Assembly: GCF_026210795.1 (NCBI RefSeq)
Contig: NC_089433.1
Coordinates: 5,022,001 to 5,086,000 of the forward strand
Source of the DNA: Rhizophagus irregularis
Lineage: Eukaryota
Reading direction: 5' to 3'
DNA: 64,000 bases
Under the pieces are notes generated by a model that was not told the origin of the DNA, made no database searches, and was given only the letters and a program-made list of their open reading frames with translations. Positions within the stretch are counted from its first letter, which is position 1. Every line of letters begins with the position of its first letter. This document shows, in pieces, positions 1 to 13,940 of the stretch. A program made the translations under genes and the position numbers.

Positions 1-940
1 GTAGATAATAATATATTTTTAGAATGCAAATCCCTATGAATTGCATTTTCATTATGAATTCTATAAAGTGCTTCAATTATATTTGACATAATGTTAATTC
101 TTTCTTTCCAGTTAAGTTTATGAAAATTTTGTTGTAAATATTTTCTTAAATCCATATCCATTTGTTTCATTACAAGCATATAATTTCCATCTGATGGATC
201 TTTTGTTAACCCGTAACATTGCACTATACTCGACCATTTGTTGGTTATAGATAAATGAGATTTACACTAAAAAAAATAAATAAATAAATATCTTTAATTA
301 TATAAATTCTTATTTCAATCATGAATATAACATATTTTTATTTATTATATACCTCATCAAACCAACTTCTATTAGCACTTTCAACATTTTCTAATTTTTT
401 AAGTATCACTTTAAGCATTCCATATCTTTTTAATCGTTGTTTTTTATTATCCCAATCATGGTAAGCTCCATCAATCCAATTTGCCGTATAAATTTCAGAA
501 TATCCACCTTCAGTTAAATATTTAATATTTTGTAAGTTATCATATGAAATCCATTCCACTATATTGTATGGAGCATATGAATCTATTTGACAATTTTGTA
601 TTAGATCATCAATGTTAGTATTTCCAGACGCCCAATTTGAAAAATTTTTTTTTAAATGATTCCGAATACAATATTCACAATATGATTTAGCTAAACATTC
701 TTGGTTACAATTTTCACAAATTCTTTTTGTTCCCCTATTAAAAAGAACTTTGTCATTATCAAATTTAATATTTAATAAACATATTAATACTGATTTTTCA
801 TTTTTTGTAAGAAATTTATCGGCAAGAATAATTTGTTTTTTAAATTCATATCGTTTTTCTAAAGTATTGTAAATATTATGATCCACCAATGCATACACTC
901 TATTGTATACAGAAGCAATTAATTCGCTAATATCAGTCAT
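1..940 (-). CDS. TKL-like protein kinase, 5' part (runs off window start); Glomeromycota expanded family
   Basis: ORF 338..940 with CENC..YCEYC Zn motif, NWASGN, EWISY, Gly-loop variant TEGGYSEIY, VILKKL; GT-AG intron near 267-352, then exon with CYGLTKDP..YMLVM..LRKYL and IHRDLH-like region; paralogous to 33940-36799. Confidence 0.85.
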
Positions 941-2944
941 ATTAAATTGTTTAGTACTAATAGTATAATAATAGCATGTGAGCTCAATTGAAATGAAAGG
1001 ATTTTTAAGGATTGAGCCTTTATTTATAATTCTTTCGACTCATAAGTCATTGATTATTTTATTGCCAAACATGGAAGGCAAATACATCATAATACCGAGT
1101 ATATCGTATTCGGCAACAAATTTGCCGTATATTATGAAACGAATAAATCTCTGTAGTCGGTAAATTTTAGCCGTAAGATCTGCAAATCGTTCGTTAATTC
1201 GATTTTTCTATAGTACGATTTACAAATATAGTACTAAGATATACTATATGATTATTAAAATTAGTAATTAAGGAATTGCAAAACTTAGTATGTAGTATAA
1301 TAATACTAGGATTCTAGGAAACGAAAATTGCCGATATACATTGTCACGTACTATACAATTATTATGCATACCGTACGTTGTAAGACTGGGGTCGGTGATC
1401 TTACGTAAATATTCCTTTATTTAATAAAATAAAATATTAATTTACACGATTATCTCCCACTATTGGGGGAAATAAATAATAACATTTGTTCAAAAATTAA
1501 AATATTCATAAAATAAAAATAAATGAAAAATCATCTATTGATAATTTCCCACAAACTTTAATATATTAAATTTGATTCCAAAGTTCAAAATCGATTGTTG
1601 TTATTTTCCGCAGGCCTAAGAAAATATCTTGGTAAATTTTCATAAAGTATTTCCTTATGAATAAGTCTATCTTTTATTACTGCAACATAATTATTTCATC
1701 ATTTGTGATCGATAATTCGGTATACGTAATTCCGAATAATTATTTAAGTTGATAATCATAATAATTTTCCATAAAAGTGTCCCGCAGTGATAAATATTAC
1801 ATCATCGTTTCCATTTCATCAATCATTATTTCCTTAAGTAATATAATCATAAAAAATAAAATTAAAAAGCAACATGAAACGTTACATAATGAGTCAGTTT
1901 ATATTCGTGATCCAGGAGATTTTCAACAAATAATATTTTTGATATTTTTATACACTTATAATAAATATAAGACTATTTCTATTTGTACACTACGTGTGTA
2001 AACAAGAGTCACGTGATTATTGTCATTTTCCGGTGATCTGCATAAAAAATCCTAATTTGGAAATTTGTGTAACGCAATTTCATTTTTACTGAGAAACAAA
2101 ATTTCCTTTTTTGGGTTGTGTAACGTTACTCTACTTTCCAAAATTGGAAATTACAGTAATTTTTGGCTGGAATTATTGGAATTATAAAATTTGGCCGAAA
2201 TTATGGTGTGTGTCATATAATATGTGACAAATAAGGTTTTTCCTACCGAAAAAATTCTCTGTCCCTAGAATAAATAGTAAAAATGGAAAACTATAGGGTG
2301 TGACATGGGTGACAAATTATAGTCACGTGATACGTGTTTCGCACATTAAGAAATTATCTAAATATAATACTGCGTCTTTAACTTATAGATAAAAAATTTA
2401 TCCGCAATTAGTAAGCGAACAATTTTATTCTAATAAATAACATTACATTATTCTAGATACTTAAACACCTTCATATACTTTCATTTCCTAAATTTTTAAT
2501 AAAAAATATTTTATATTCAAAAATCATCCGATAATTTTAATTATAAATAAGGTTTACAGTTAGTAATAATATGATTTGTGAATAAAAAGATCTTAGCTTT
2601 CAAATTTTTAAAAATTACATTACAAAAATCTATGACAAACGAAAATAACTACTATAATAAAATAAATAATCGTAATTATTAACTAAAACAATTTATTACT
2701 TTTTCATGTGATATATAATAGTCGGTAATGAATTTTTCTTTCGATTAAAGATGATTTTATTGTCGAATTTGATTGATTTGATCACAACGTAATCATACAT
2801 ATCCAATCATAAAGGACATAATTTTATAAAATACAAATAATTAAAGTTATATAAATTGAAAATAATTAATAATTTCCTAATTAAGGGGTCTGCACAAAAA
2901 GAAAAAAGAAATAATATGATACAAAAAAAAAGTTAGAAATTATA

Positions 2945-4528
2945 TCATGCAATTTCGTCTCCTGATATTCTTAAATATTTTTCACGTGTTTTTCTTAACT
3001 CAACTAGATAATAATCATCAATATAATACTCTTTTAACAAAATTTCTAATATAGCTACTCTATCTTCGATTCTACCATTCTCTGGTAGATTACATGGATC
3101 TTCTACTAATGGTATTCCTACACGAGAAACATATCTATTCGCCAAACTTTCTTTAAATCTCTGACGACATGGCCAACAACGTAACAAGTAAATTTGACAA
3201 ATTCCCCTTAGAAAAAATATGATAAATTGTTAAGATTTTTTCAATATTATTTCAAATAATTTTTAAATATTTACCATGGAGAAAGTTTTGAAGCGCCAAA
3301 TAGAAAAACAAATATTCCGCTTATAGCACCATAAAAACCACCAAAATTTTCTATAAGTTTTTTAACTAAAAAAGAGAAGAGGAAAATTAATTATTAAATA
3401 TGAATAAGGTTAATATTCAATTATGAAAAATACGAAATTAATATATAAAATTACTAGATACCGTTATTTTTAGAAAAATTAATATCTTCTTTAATTATAA
3501 AATTATAGTCAAAAGAGATTTCTAATACGGTATTGAAAGTATTCGGTATTTGAGCAAGTACGCCATGTGAAATTACAATACTCATATAATTTTTATCTGC
3601 ATCAAAACCAAGAAATCCAGAAAGTTGTGAAGAATATCGATTCGTATTTTTGTAATAAATATTATAAATATTATATTTTCCTGGAGTAATAAAGTATGGG
3701 TTAGGATTTAATTTCATCTCAGTATCATTTTTCTTAAATGATTGAAAATTAATTTCGAAGTAATCATAAATTGACGAATTATCCACAGTAATAATAAAGA
3801 GAAGTGTATTAAATATTTTCAATTGTCGTTTTCCATTAAAATAATTAATTGTTCTGTAGTATTCATCGTTAGGAGTAAATTTCATACAACGATTATCGAG
3901 ATCGTCATTAACAAAAAATTCGGAGCTTTTAGGAATCGAATTATTGATGTATAAATAGTTTGACATGTATGGATAAAATTTCGTCATAGCTATGAAATTA
4001 ACAAATAATTAATTTTTAAAAAATCAATCGTCGAATATTAATATCAATAAACTTACTTTTATTGTCATTATCTTTATCATAGAAAGAATAATTTTCAGGA
4101 ATATACTTTTGTGTTTTATTTAATTTGTATAATTTGTATAACGATATTCTTAATATTGAATTATTGTCGTAATCACCTTTCAATTATGAAATTGATAAGT
4201 ATATTAAAATTAATTATATTACGCCTTAAAAAAATATTTTTTAGAAATCTTACTTAAAGTTCTTTGGCAAATACTAAAATCTATTTAAAAAAAAAAAGTT
4301 TAATTAAAAATTTAAAGATTTTACATAATATATAATGTAAAATTAGTTACTTGGATATGTAAAAGTTATAGAATCTTCAGTCTTAATTTCGGAAACGAAT
4401 TCGTAAAATGAAAACAAAATATAATAACCAAGAGCACATGAAAAGAAAAGAGCAATCAACAATCGTAATATGCTGAAAAATTTAGGTTCTGTTTTTCGAA
4501 AAAGACAACAAGATTCGAAAAGAAACAT
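2945..4528 (-). CDS. Multi-exon membrane protein with N- and C-terminal hydrophobic helices and a large loop; function unknown
   Basis: ORFs 4343..4528, 3454..3987 and 2945..3187 joined by GT-AG introns; exon near 3275-3365 reads FGGFYGAISGIFVFLFGASKLSPW; exon limits approximate. Confidence 0.7.
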
Positions 4529-5760
4529 TTTTGTTATTATAGAGTTTTAATACGACTAAGGTTTCTTTTTAATCTTAATGAAATTTTTTTTTTTTGTAGC
4601 ACGTATTATTAAATAATTAACTAGATTAGGTTTATATGTAGCGAATTCATCGTCAGACTATTATAAATTATTAGGTTTTATTAATATCAGCAATCTTGAA
4701 CAATAATAAGTAAGTAAAATCCACCATTCTAAATAATCTTGATTGAATATTTGATGATATTGGTTAGCAATAATAGTCTACACTTAATCCATTATAACCA
4801 TTCATTTCGAGCTAAATATAGTAAAACAATTCATTAGTAATTAATAATAAATTAGTTAATTCATTAAACAATAATTTCGTCATTTATCAAATTGCCACGT
4901 AAACTATTCATTTCGAGATAAGTGTTCTGATCAAAGTTCTTATTTAGCTAGATAAATTAAATAAGTAATAATTACGTCACTTACTAAAGCTTCAAGTCTA
5001 AACCTAAAATAGAGGATAATAATAAAAAAGGTTTAATAAATAGAACATTGTCACCTTACTCGTACTGTTCTGTTTTTGATCGGTACCTTCCATTTCTGAA
5101 ATAGCAAGTAAAGAAACGGAGTTTCCGAAGTTTTAAGTCCAAACCTAAAATAGCAATGAAGAAAAAAATGGGTCGATTAGTAGAATAAAATATTCCATAG
5201 TAATTCAAATAAGAAAATGTAATGTGTGATTTGTAATAATAATAATAATAATAAAGGAACGTAATTAATAATAGATAATACGTAAAAAAGATGTAATATT
5301 TTTATTATATTTATTTATAATTTCAGATCTATCGATTTTAAGGATAGTCTATTTTCTAATTAGCCTAATTTAGCGGAATCTTATCATAATTTGTTAATAC
5401 CGATCATCCAATTTTTTTGCTGAATTAGCCCAATTCCCATTAGTCAGCAAGCGATCGGCTACCACAACCTAACCTTTGATACGTAAAAAAACCCTTACAG
5501 TCCCCCCCTCAGAATACAGATTACTACAATTTGGTAAACATATATAAGAATACACTAAAAAACCCATTTCAAGGTAACACAGATCTTTGATAGATCCATC
5601 CTTTATTATATTGTGAAATCTTTTACGCCATCAAAGCTTTTGTACTACTGATACAAAATGATTATATTAAAATATGCTGTTGCTGTATATTAAGAAAAGT
5701 TCTGCAAAAATAGTCAGATAAAGTTTATCCCACAAAAGAAAATTATCCTACGAAATAAAC

Positions 5761-7126
5761 ATGAATGATTTCCGTAAATTCAAGAATAATTTCCTTCCAA
5801 ATTTAAGTCTCATAGAGACTTTGTTTTGTGTCATCATTCTTGCAAATTCTATTGTTGCCTTGATTGAAACCATTGATGTTTGGATTAGAAAAGATTTTAT
5901 AAGGGTAGCTGTTATAGATTCTCTAGTCTTTTTTTTTTATTCAGTTATAGTTATTACATCTGGAATTATTACGGTAATTATAGTGAGTTCCTTTTAAAAT
6001 TATGTTCTAATTTTAAAATAATGTTATCTCTTGTATTTTTATAGGCAACATTCAGAACTCTTAATCATATATTAATATATTTTATCGTGAATGTTATATT
6101 CATTCTAAAAACGTATTACGGCTATTTTCTTACAAAATTTTCCAGATCTATTGCGTTTATAGTTTTAAAAGCAATATTTCTGTTACTTATTTTGCTTGTA
6201 GTTATTATTTGGTTATGTCGAGAGAGGTAAATAAAATTAATAAATATTCTAACATTGACTAACTACATATAAAATTATTTAAACAAGAATCCTAACATGT
6301 AAAATCTAATTACATTTAGGAAAAGTTTATTTGTGATTGTCAATTCGAACAGAATAATGAATACCGAAATTAAAGGTTAAATTTTTCATATATATATATA
6401 TATTAATTTAAGTTGAATTTTTCTATATACTTTCTAAAATATCAATATACTTAATAGAAATCTATAAATGGTATCATTTGCAATTAACTTCGTGTCACTT
6501 ACAGATTTTAGTTGCTATGTTTTCGGAGTTTACTTATATATCTCTATTGGTAAGAAAATATGGTTATGACGTGGAAAATCCGTTGGAAATCTTGAAGTAT
6601 TTACCTTGGCCAAATATCCTTTCATGTATAATTGCACTAATAATGATTAAAGGGGTAACTAATTTAAACTTTTTTTTTTTTAAAAAAAAAGGAATTAATT
6701 GTCATATTTGTTTATTTACAGGTTCGTGAAGAATCAAACCGTATAATGATTGTTACTTATCTTTTTAGATTAATTCTTTATGTATATTATATTTATGTAA
6801 TAATAAAAGTATCTAAAGAAATATCTGTTAATCCTAATAACGCAAGAAGGATAATTGATATTGTTTAGAGCATAATTTCAATTTTTCTAATAACAATTAC
6901 AATGATAAATTCAATAATTTGTCATAATAAGTTTGGAAAAGGCTTAAAAGATTATCGTAAGTAAAAAACAAATTTTTTTTTATAGATTTTAAAAAAAAAA
7001 ATTTTATCAATTACTACAATTACTAAAATAATTTGTATTATTTTAGTATTAAAAGAAGAACTGGAACCATTTAAGGAATCATATTATTATAAAGATGATC
7101 TTGATGATTATTATGAACGAACGTAA
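5761..7126 (+). CDS. Multi-exon polytopic membrane protein of unknown function
   Basis: Hydrophobic ORFs 5761..5997 and 6478..6729, several GT-AG introns, exon ending KFGKGLKDY, last exon LLKEELEPF..YYERT with TAA at 7124-7126. Confidence 0.65.
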
Positions 7127-7601
7127 AATGACTCTACTTAATTTATCAGCACATTTTTTTTTTTAACGTTAAATTTTTTAAATTTTTAAATTAATAATTA
7201 CAATATAATTTTATCATATATATATATACAGTACATACATATATATTTTTTATGAAATGAAATGTATTCGTGAGATTATTCTTTATTCACGCGAAAATTT
7301 TCAAAATGTTACACAAATAAATATGACCAATAAAATCGATAAAGTTATTATTTTATTACCTTTATCTCTTTGACGAGAGACGGATTGATTGATGCATATT
7401 TTATGAGTTTAGCGCTAGTTTAACTTTTGCCTCAGCTACAGCCTCTGATACAAATGGCTGAATGTGACTTTATTAATTCCAGTCAATGGACCCGCTAGGA
7501 TCGAGTGGAGTATTTAATGTCAATAAAAATATCCAACAAGTTTGAACCAACTTTTTCATCACTTTGCATATTATCAATCTCTTACTGATTAACGTCAAGC
7601 A

Positions 7602-8084
7602 TAGGGATGGCAACGGTCATGGTCATTAACCAATTATGACCGGTCAAGACTTCTGACCGACCGTTTGACCGACCAGTTTGACCGACCATTTGACCGACCA
7701 AATTTTTTTATGAAAAATTTAATAAAAAACGTGCATAAACGTTTTTTAATTATTTTAATAGAAAACGTTGCGAAAACGTTTTTTATTAATAATTTAATAA
7801 ACAAAAAACGTTTTTCGCAAACGTTTTTAATTATTTTAACAAAAATGTTGCGAAAACGTTTTTGTTAATAATTTAATTAATAAAAAACGTTTTCGCACGT
7901 TATTATTAATAATTTAATTAATAAAAAACGTTTTCGCACATTTTTTTAATTGCCTTAATAAAAACGCTGCGAAAATATAAAAAAAATGATCGGTCAAACA
8001 GTCGGTCGGTCGTCGGTCGGTCAAAGGTTCTTGACCGGTTATGACCGACCAATGACCGACCATGACCGACCGTTGCCATCCCTA
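7602..8084. mobile_element. hAT-type MITE (TAGGGATG termini), complete
   Basis: TIR TAGGGATGGCAACGGTC / GACCGTTGCCATCCCTA; perfect 8-bp TSD GTCAAGCA at 7594-7601 and 8085-8092; GACC subterminal repeats. Confidence 0.93.
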
Positions 8085-8339
8085 GTCAAGCATAGTTTAG
8101 TTAACCAATCAGAATTCTTTTTGTATTTTTTTGTTCAAATTATAAAATCCTGGAATATAATTTTTAAATATTTTATTAATGAAAATTTGAAATAATACGT
8201 TCAAAAAAATATTTGTACGACTTTAATAAATTTAACAAATCTTTTGATTTCAATTGTCGTGATCTTCACCAACAAATTTTCTATTTCGTTTCCATTTTAG
8301 AAGATAATCACCATTATATTAAATTTAACTTCCTATCAT

Positions 8340-8580
8340 TTCTTTTCGTCTCCCTATCATTTCTCTTCATCTTCCCATTACTCCTCTTCATCTTTTCATC
8401 ATTCCTTTTCATCTCCCATCACTCCTCTTCATCTTCTCATCACTCCTTTTCGTCTCCCATCACTCCTCTTCATCTACCATCATGCCCTATTTCTCCTTTT
8501 TGTTTCCTATCACTTCTCACTAATTCTTCTCACTACTCTTTTTTACTCCTTTCATCTTCTATTACTTTCCATTACTCCAT
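8340..8580. repeat. Degenerate ~21-bp CT-rich minisatellite (TCTTCATCTCCCATCACTCC-like)
   Basis: About ten imperfect tandem copies visible; explains ORF 8213..8602. Confidence 0.7.
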
Positions 8581-9974
8581 TGTTATTTCATTTTTTTATT
8601 AGCAACTTTCTTCTTGATCATTGTAATTTATTTATCTTTTTATTTATATATTATTGTTATTGTTTCTTTTATTTGTATCACTTCATTAAAAATACGATGA
8701 TTTTTTTCTTTAAAATCGTAAATGTGTGACTTAAATTTGATATTTGCAAATAAAATTTCATCAGATAAGATTAATTTGAATAAATATGTTTGCAAAAAAT
8801 TTTTTTTTAAAATATCTTTTGCGATAAAATTTTTAAGTTTAGTCGATCAAAAATTAGGTAAGTTAAAAAAATCCAATTAATAAATTTACTCTATATGTTG
8901 TACATCATGTGACATATTTGAAAAAAAAACCCAGGCGACAAACGCCCAGGCAACGTTTAGCAATTCCCTTAAATTTTTACTATTTTACTATTTTAACTTA
9001 TAATAAACTGAACTCTGCCATTTCTCTATATTTAATTTACTCATTATAAATAAAAAAAAAATCTTTTGTTTATTCATTTTATTTAAGAAAAAACTAGATT
9101 TAAAAAATTTATTTATTTTAACGAAGCTTGTTTATAAGGGAGAGATCAACAATTTGTATATTTATAAATTGAAGTCATTTTTTTTTTTTACAATAACTTT
9201 CACTTAAAAGATCTTTTAAAAGCATGTCAAGCTCCCCCATGAAAATGACCTCTTGTTATAATTATATTATTTAATTCTATTATTCATCAGATAAACTTAT
9301 TTATTTTAATGTAATAATATAAATAATAAAAATGTTAAATATAAAATTAAATCTATACTACGTAATAAAATTTATAATTTTCAAATAATTTCTTGCTTTT
9401 CCTTTTCTATTAGAAAAAAATACGAATATAAACCTTAATAATAAGTACAATATAAAAATTAGAAAGTATCACATTAAATATTTTAAAAAGAAGTTGTTTC
9501 TTATTGGTTCTATGTACATTAAGTGTTATTAAGTATAATAAATAATGAATGTTACCCTTATTTACTACGCTTAAAAAGGTTTTGTAGCATTTATTAATTT
9601 AAACAACGGAAAGTAAATTAAGATATAATTTAATATTCAAATACAAATTTTTAGTGCTACATTTCACTTATCAACAAAATTAGTAGACTTTTAATAAATT
9701 TTAATTATTGAAATGATCTAGGAAACGGAGTGCTAATTAAAGTTTTATTGTTGTACTTCATCACGTGTCAGACGGACATTTGTATCACCTTCGTTACACT
9801 TCGGGTGATACTGTGATGTATCATAATTATGTCAATGACAATTTTGGTTGGAATAATCCTTTTTTATCTTCATTGAGTATAAATATAAAAATAACGCCAA
9901 TTTTTTTTTTTTGCATAAGATTCTTTCTCACAAATTTGAAACAAACTTAAATTTTAACAGAATATAAATTAAAA

Positions 9975-11583
9975 ATGAATTTTATTAATGAAAACGAAGT
10001 AGTAACTAAATTTAATGAATTAAATATTTCCAATAAAAATCCAAATTCATCAAAAATTAATCATGAAAATTGTTATGACCCAGATAATTTTAAATTTTGG
10101 GGTAAATAATGTATTCCTCGTTGTATAATTGAAGGATGGACCAGTGGAAATGATGATATTGATAATTTTATGAAGGATACGATCTATAATGCAAGTACTT
10201 ACTATTATAAGGGTTATTATCCGTCATTTCTTGAATGGGTTCCATTTGATAGATTTGAAGATATGAAACAAATAGGTGAAGGTGGATTTGCAAAAGTGTA
10301 TTCTGCAACTTGGATTGATGGTATAGCAAAATACATTAAAGATGATGGAAATTGGATAAAAAAAGAACCTAAATCTATGATAGTTGCCTTGAAAAGGCTA
10401 AATGGATTACAGAATATGTCAACTGATTTTTTAAATGAGGTATTTTTTTCACATGTACAGTACTTATTTATAATTTTAAAAACTGTTAAAATATATTTAA
10501 TTTATTTTAATTTGGATAATAGCTTAAAACGCATTGGAAATTAAGTTGTTTACATAGTAATTCTTTAAAATTTTATGGAATAACTAAAGATCCAGAAACT
10601 GAAGAAATTATAATGATTATGCAATTTGCAAATGATGGAAATTTGAGAAATATTCTTTCAAGTAATTTTAACAAAATTTTATGGAGAGAGAAAATTAAAT
10701 ATTTATATTGGTCAGCAATGGACCTTAAATATTTACATGAATTGGGATATTTTCATAGAGATTTTCATAGTGGAAATATATTAAGAATTGAAGGAAGTTC
10801 TTATATATCAGATTTTGGATTATCCGGACCATCAAATAAACAAAAATCAGATAATAAAATATATGGTGTGTTGCCATATATTGCTCCAGAAGTTTTAAAT
10901 GGAGAACCATATACATTATCTTCAGATATCTATAGTTTTGGTGTAGTTATGGTTGAATTATCATCTGGAAAACCACCTTTTCATAAAAGAAAACATGAAA
11001 ATGGCTTAGCATTAGAAATATGTAATGGACTCAGACCAGAATTTGGAAAAGGAACTCCTGAAATTTATAAGAAATTAGCTCATAGATGTATGAATGCTAA
11101 TCCAAATCAAAGACCAACAGCCAATGAATTATATGAAATATTAGAATGTTGGTATAATTATAATGATAATGAAAAATATGGATATAAAGGAGAAGTAGTT
11201 AAAGCTGTATTTAAAGAAGCTGATAAAGAAATACCAAATATTTCAACCTCATATGAAAAGAAACCTGATACTATTTGAGCATTTACATTCAGTAATTTGT
11301 CAAAACCCATTAATTCATCTTTTATTGCTACTACATTTCTTAATGAAGAAGATAATGAAGGTATTACATTTTACTATATTATATTTTTAAATTTTATAAA
11401 ATAATTAAGATAATGATTAATTTTATTTATTATGATAGATTGTCAAGATTCTCAATTAGTTAACTTAGAGGTTCCTAGTTAGGAGGTAAATATAATCTAC
11501 TATATATTTAGGATATTAATTTTATGATGTAAAATAATAATGTAATGTTTTATTATTTAACAGATGATGATAATGATGACTAA
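9975..11583 (+). pseudogene. TKL-like protein kinase, probably pseudogenised
   Basis: GEGGFAKVY, VALKRL, HRDFHSGN, DFG, APE, DIYSFG all present; in-frame TAA at 10107-10109 after ATG 9975; apparent frameshifting deletion near 11275 (tail AFTFSNLSKPINSS in another frame). Confidence 0.8.
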
Positions 11584-11625
11584 ATATATTTATAATTTCA
11601 CTTATAAATTATTTTAAAAAATATG

Positions 11626-12138
11626 CACAGTGAAATTCGATAAACCGGATCTATCGGTTCCACTAAAAATATCCGGTTTATCAGGATATCCGGTATAGCG
11701 AATATATTAAAAATCTATTATACTGAATTTTTTTGAAAAATTCATGCTAATAAAATTAATACACATTATATTTTAATTTTTTATCTTAGTTTTTAGTCAT
11801 AGAGGTCATGAAAATGAATATAAAATATTTCAATTGAATATATAAGTAATATATAACTTTGGCCGGAATTAAGATTTTTATAATTCTGGCCAAAATTAAG
11901 ATTTACCGCATCACGTTACTTAAATTTTATTGGTTAATAATCACGTGATCTGGTTTATCGAATCATTTTTACTATAGCTGGTTAGAAAATTGATCCGTTT
12001 TATCAAATATCGAGCTTTTACTAGTAAACTCCGGTATATCGAAACTATTTTAATATACGTGATTTGGTTCCAGCAAAAAAATCCGGTTTAGGCCCAAATC
12101 CGGTTTATCGAAGATCCGGTTTATCGAATTTCACTGTG
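11626..12138. mobile_element. Non-autonomous TIR element (Tc1/mariner/pogo-like MITE)
   Basis: TIR CACAGTGAAATTCGATAAACCGGATCT / AGATCCGGTTTATCGAATTTCACTGTG; TA on right flank, TG on left; internal TCCGGTTTATCG repeats. Confidence 0.85.
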
Positions 12139-13198
12139 TATATTCATTTATTTATTTAATGGTTTAAATTACGTTTTCTATCATATGGTTTACATAAACA
12201 ACTTTTGAATGAATTATACGTTCAAATTTTTAATAAAAACAATGGAATACTAGCGATTATTGGAATAAGCTACATAATTTTTTGATTTTCGGAAGTTGAA
12301 GGAAAGGACTATACTTTTGCGATTGATATACTATCGTTATGTTAAATTATAAAAATGTATAAATTAGTAAATTAGCCATTTTTTTTAAAAAATAAAGAAA
12401 ACAAATTACAGAAAATAGAAAATTATTAAAACTTCATAAACTTATTCATAGTTATGATAGTTATGATCAGATATAAGTACTATAATATGTTAATTTTATT
12501 AACTTCGTCTTTTGTTTTCGTGAATGGTGATTGATTCATAACTTTTTAAAATAATATTATGTTAAATTTAGCCATATTAATTGAGTTTTTTTATGTAGTT
12601 ATTATTTATTTTTAAAATTTTAACTTATTTTTATTGTAAATATTTAATAAAAAAATACTCTTGGTAAAAAATAAATAAAAAGAAAGACTAAAAATGAAAG
12701 AGTAGTGAATTAGACTAGGCTTCCAAGTTCACTTTTAATCTAGACCTGTGGACCAATTTAGCAATTCCGATAATTTAATTTATTTTATTTTATTTTTACT
12801 ATTTGAAAATACGAATAACTATCATAAGGGTCCCCCTTTTTTTGATTTCATGTAAAAGTTTTTTACTTTACAAAATATCTTTTCATTATAACATGAATAA
12901 TATTAGATCAGCTTCAGTAAATGAAATTATTTGCTTCTCATGAAAAAAAAAAAAATCCTAAATTTGACAATTTGACTTGGCCGAACGGAAAAAAATTATT
13001 TTTTTTAAAAAAAAATTAGCAAATCACTAAAATGATGTTTTTTTTTGCGCAAGCATGTAGTGATAGTTAAATTTATTTTGTGTGTTACAATACAATATGC
13101 TGATTTTTATCGAATTTTGTGATCAGATACCAAATATACCACAAATTACGTAGCAGGTGTACGTAATTCTATTATTGAATAAACTAAAATAAAATCAA

Positions 13199-13940
13199 AT
13201 GAAAAAATTGATAAATTATGAGCAGATAATAAATCATTATATTCCTGCTTTTAAGTTAATAAAGAATGGTATCATTTAGTAGTTCCTATCTTATGGGACA
13301 CTTTAATTGCAAGCAATTAAAAAATTAAATATTTTAATATTATACTTTCCTTCTTACCAACTTCTTCAAAACAACTTTTATTTGATAATAATACTAGATT
13401 ACTCTCAACAATTATTTCAAAATCCCAGTGTTTAATTATATTAGCCTATGTAAATTTCTAAAAGTTGAACTTATACTAAATAATATTATAAGTTTGGTAT
13501 TTAAAGAAGAAATGATACATGCTCTTAATTTATATTCAGAAAAAAGAATTATTTTATAGTAAGAAATTTACAAGTTATTCATTAGTCAATGTAAAAACAT
13601 TAAAGAATTGGAGTAGCATAACTTTTCAACCTTTACAATCATTTCCGAGAGCTATAACATCTTTATATGAGTTTATAGTCTAGATGTTGATCTATGTTAT
13701 GTAAATTCAAATAATTTTTATGAAATGGCACAGATTTGCAAAGATTTGAACGTATTACACTTTGACAATTATAATAAATAAGGAGGGTCATGTGAGAAAC
13801 TAAGCAAGACATTAGAAAGATAATACAATTAATCATCTTACTTTATATAACTCGGTTGGCTTTATTCCATTTATAATCATTGTCCAAAATTAGAATATCC
13901 TACATATTTTGAATGATTTGATTTATGTTAAATTATATTT
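13199..13940 (+). pseudogene. Decayed F-box/LRR paralogue
   Basis: Homologous to 27745-29169 (ADNKSLYSC, LVVPILW, SSKQLL, EIYKLFISQCKNIKEL, YEMAQICKDL) with stops and deletions. Confidence 0.85.

Noticed and set aside
7365..7515. Moderately GC-rich patch, possible small RNA
   Set aside because: No recognisable boxes, cloverleaf or second copy
7665..8602. Three short plus-strand ORFs
   Set aside because: Fall in the MITE and the CT-rich minisatellite
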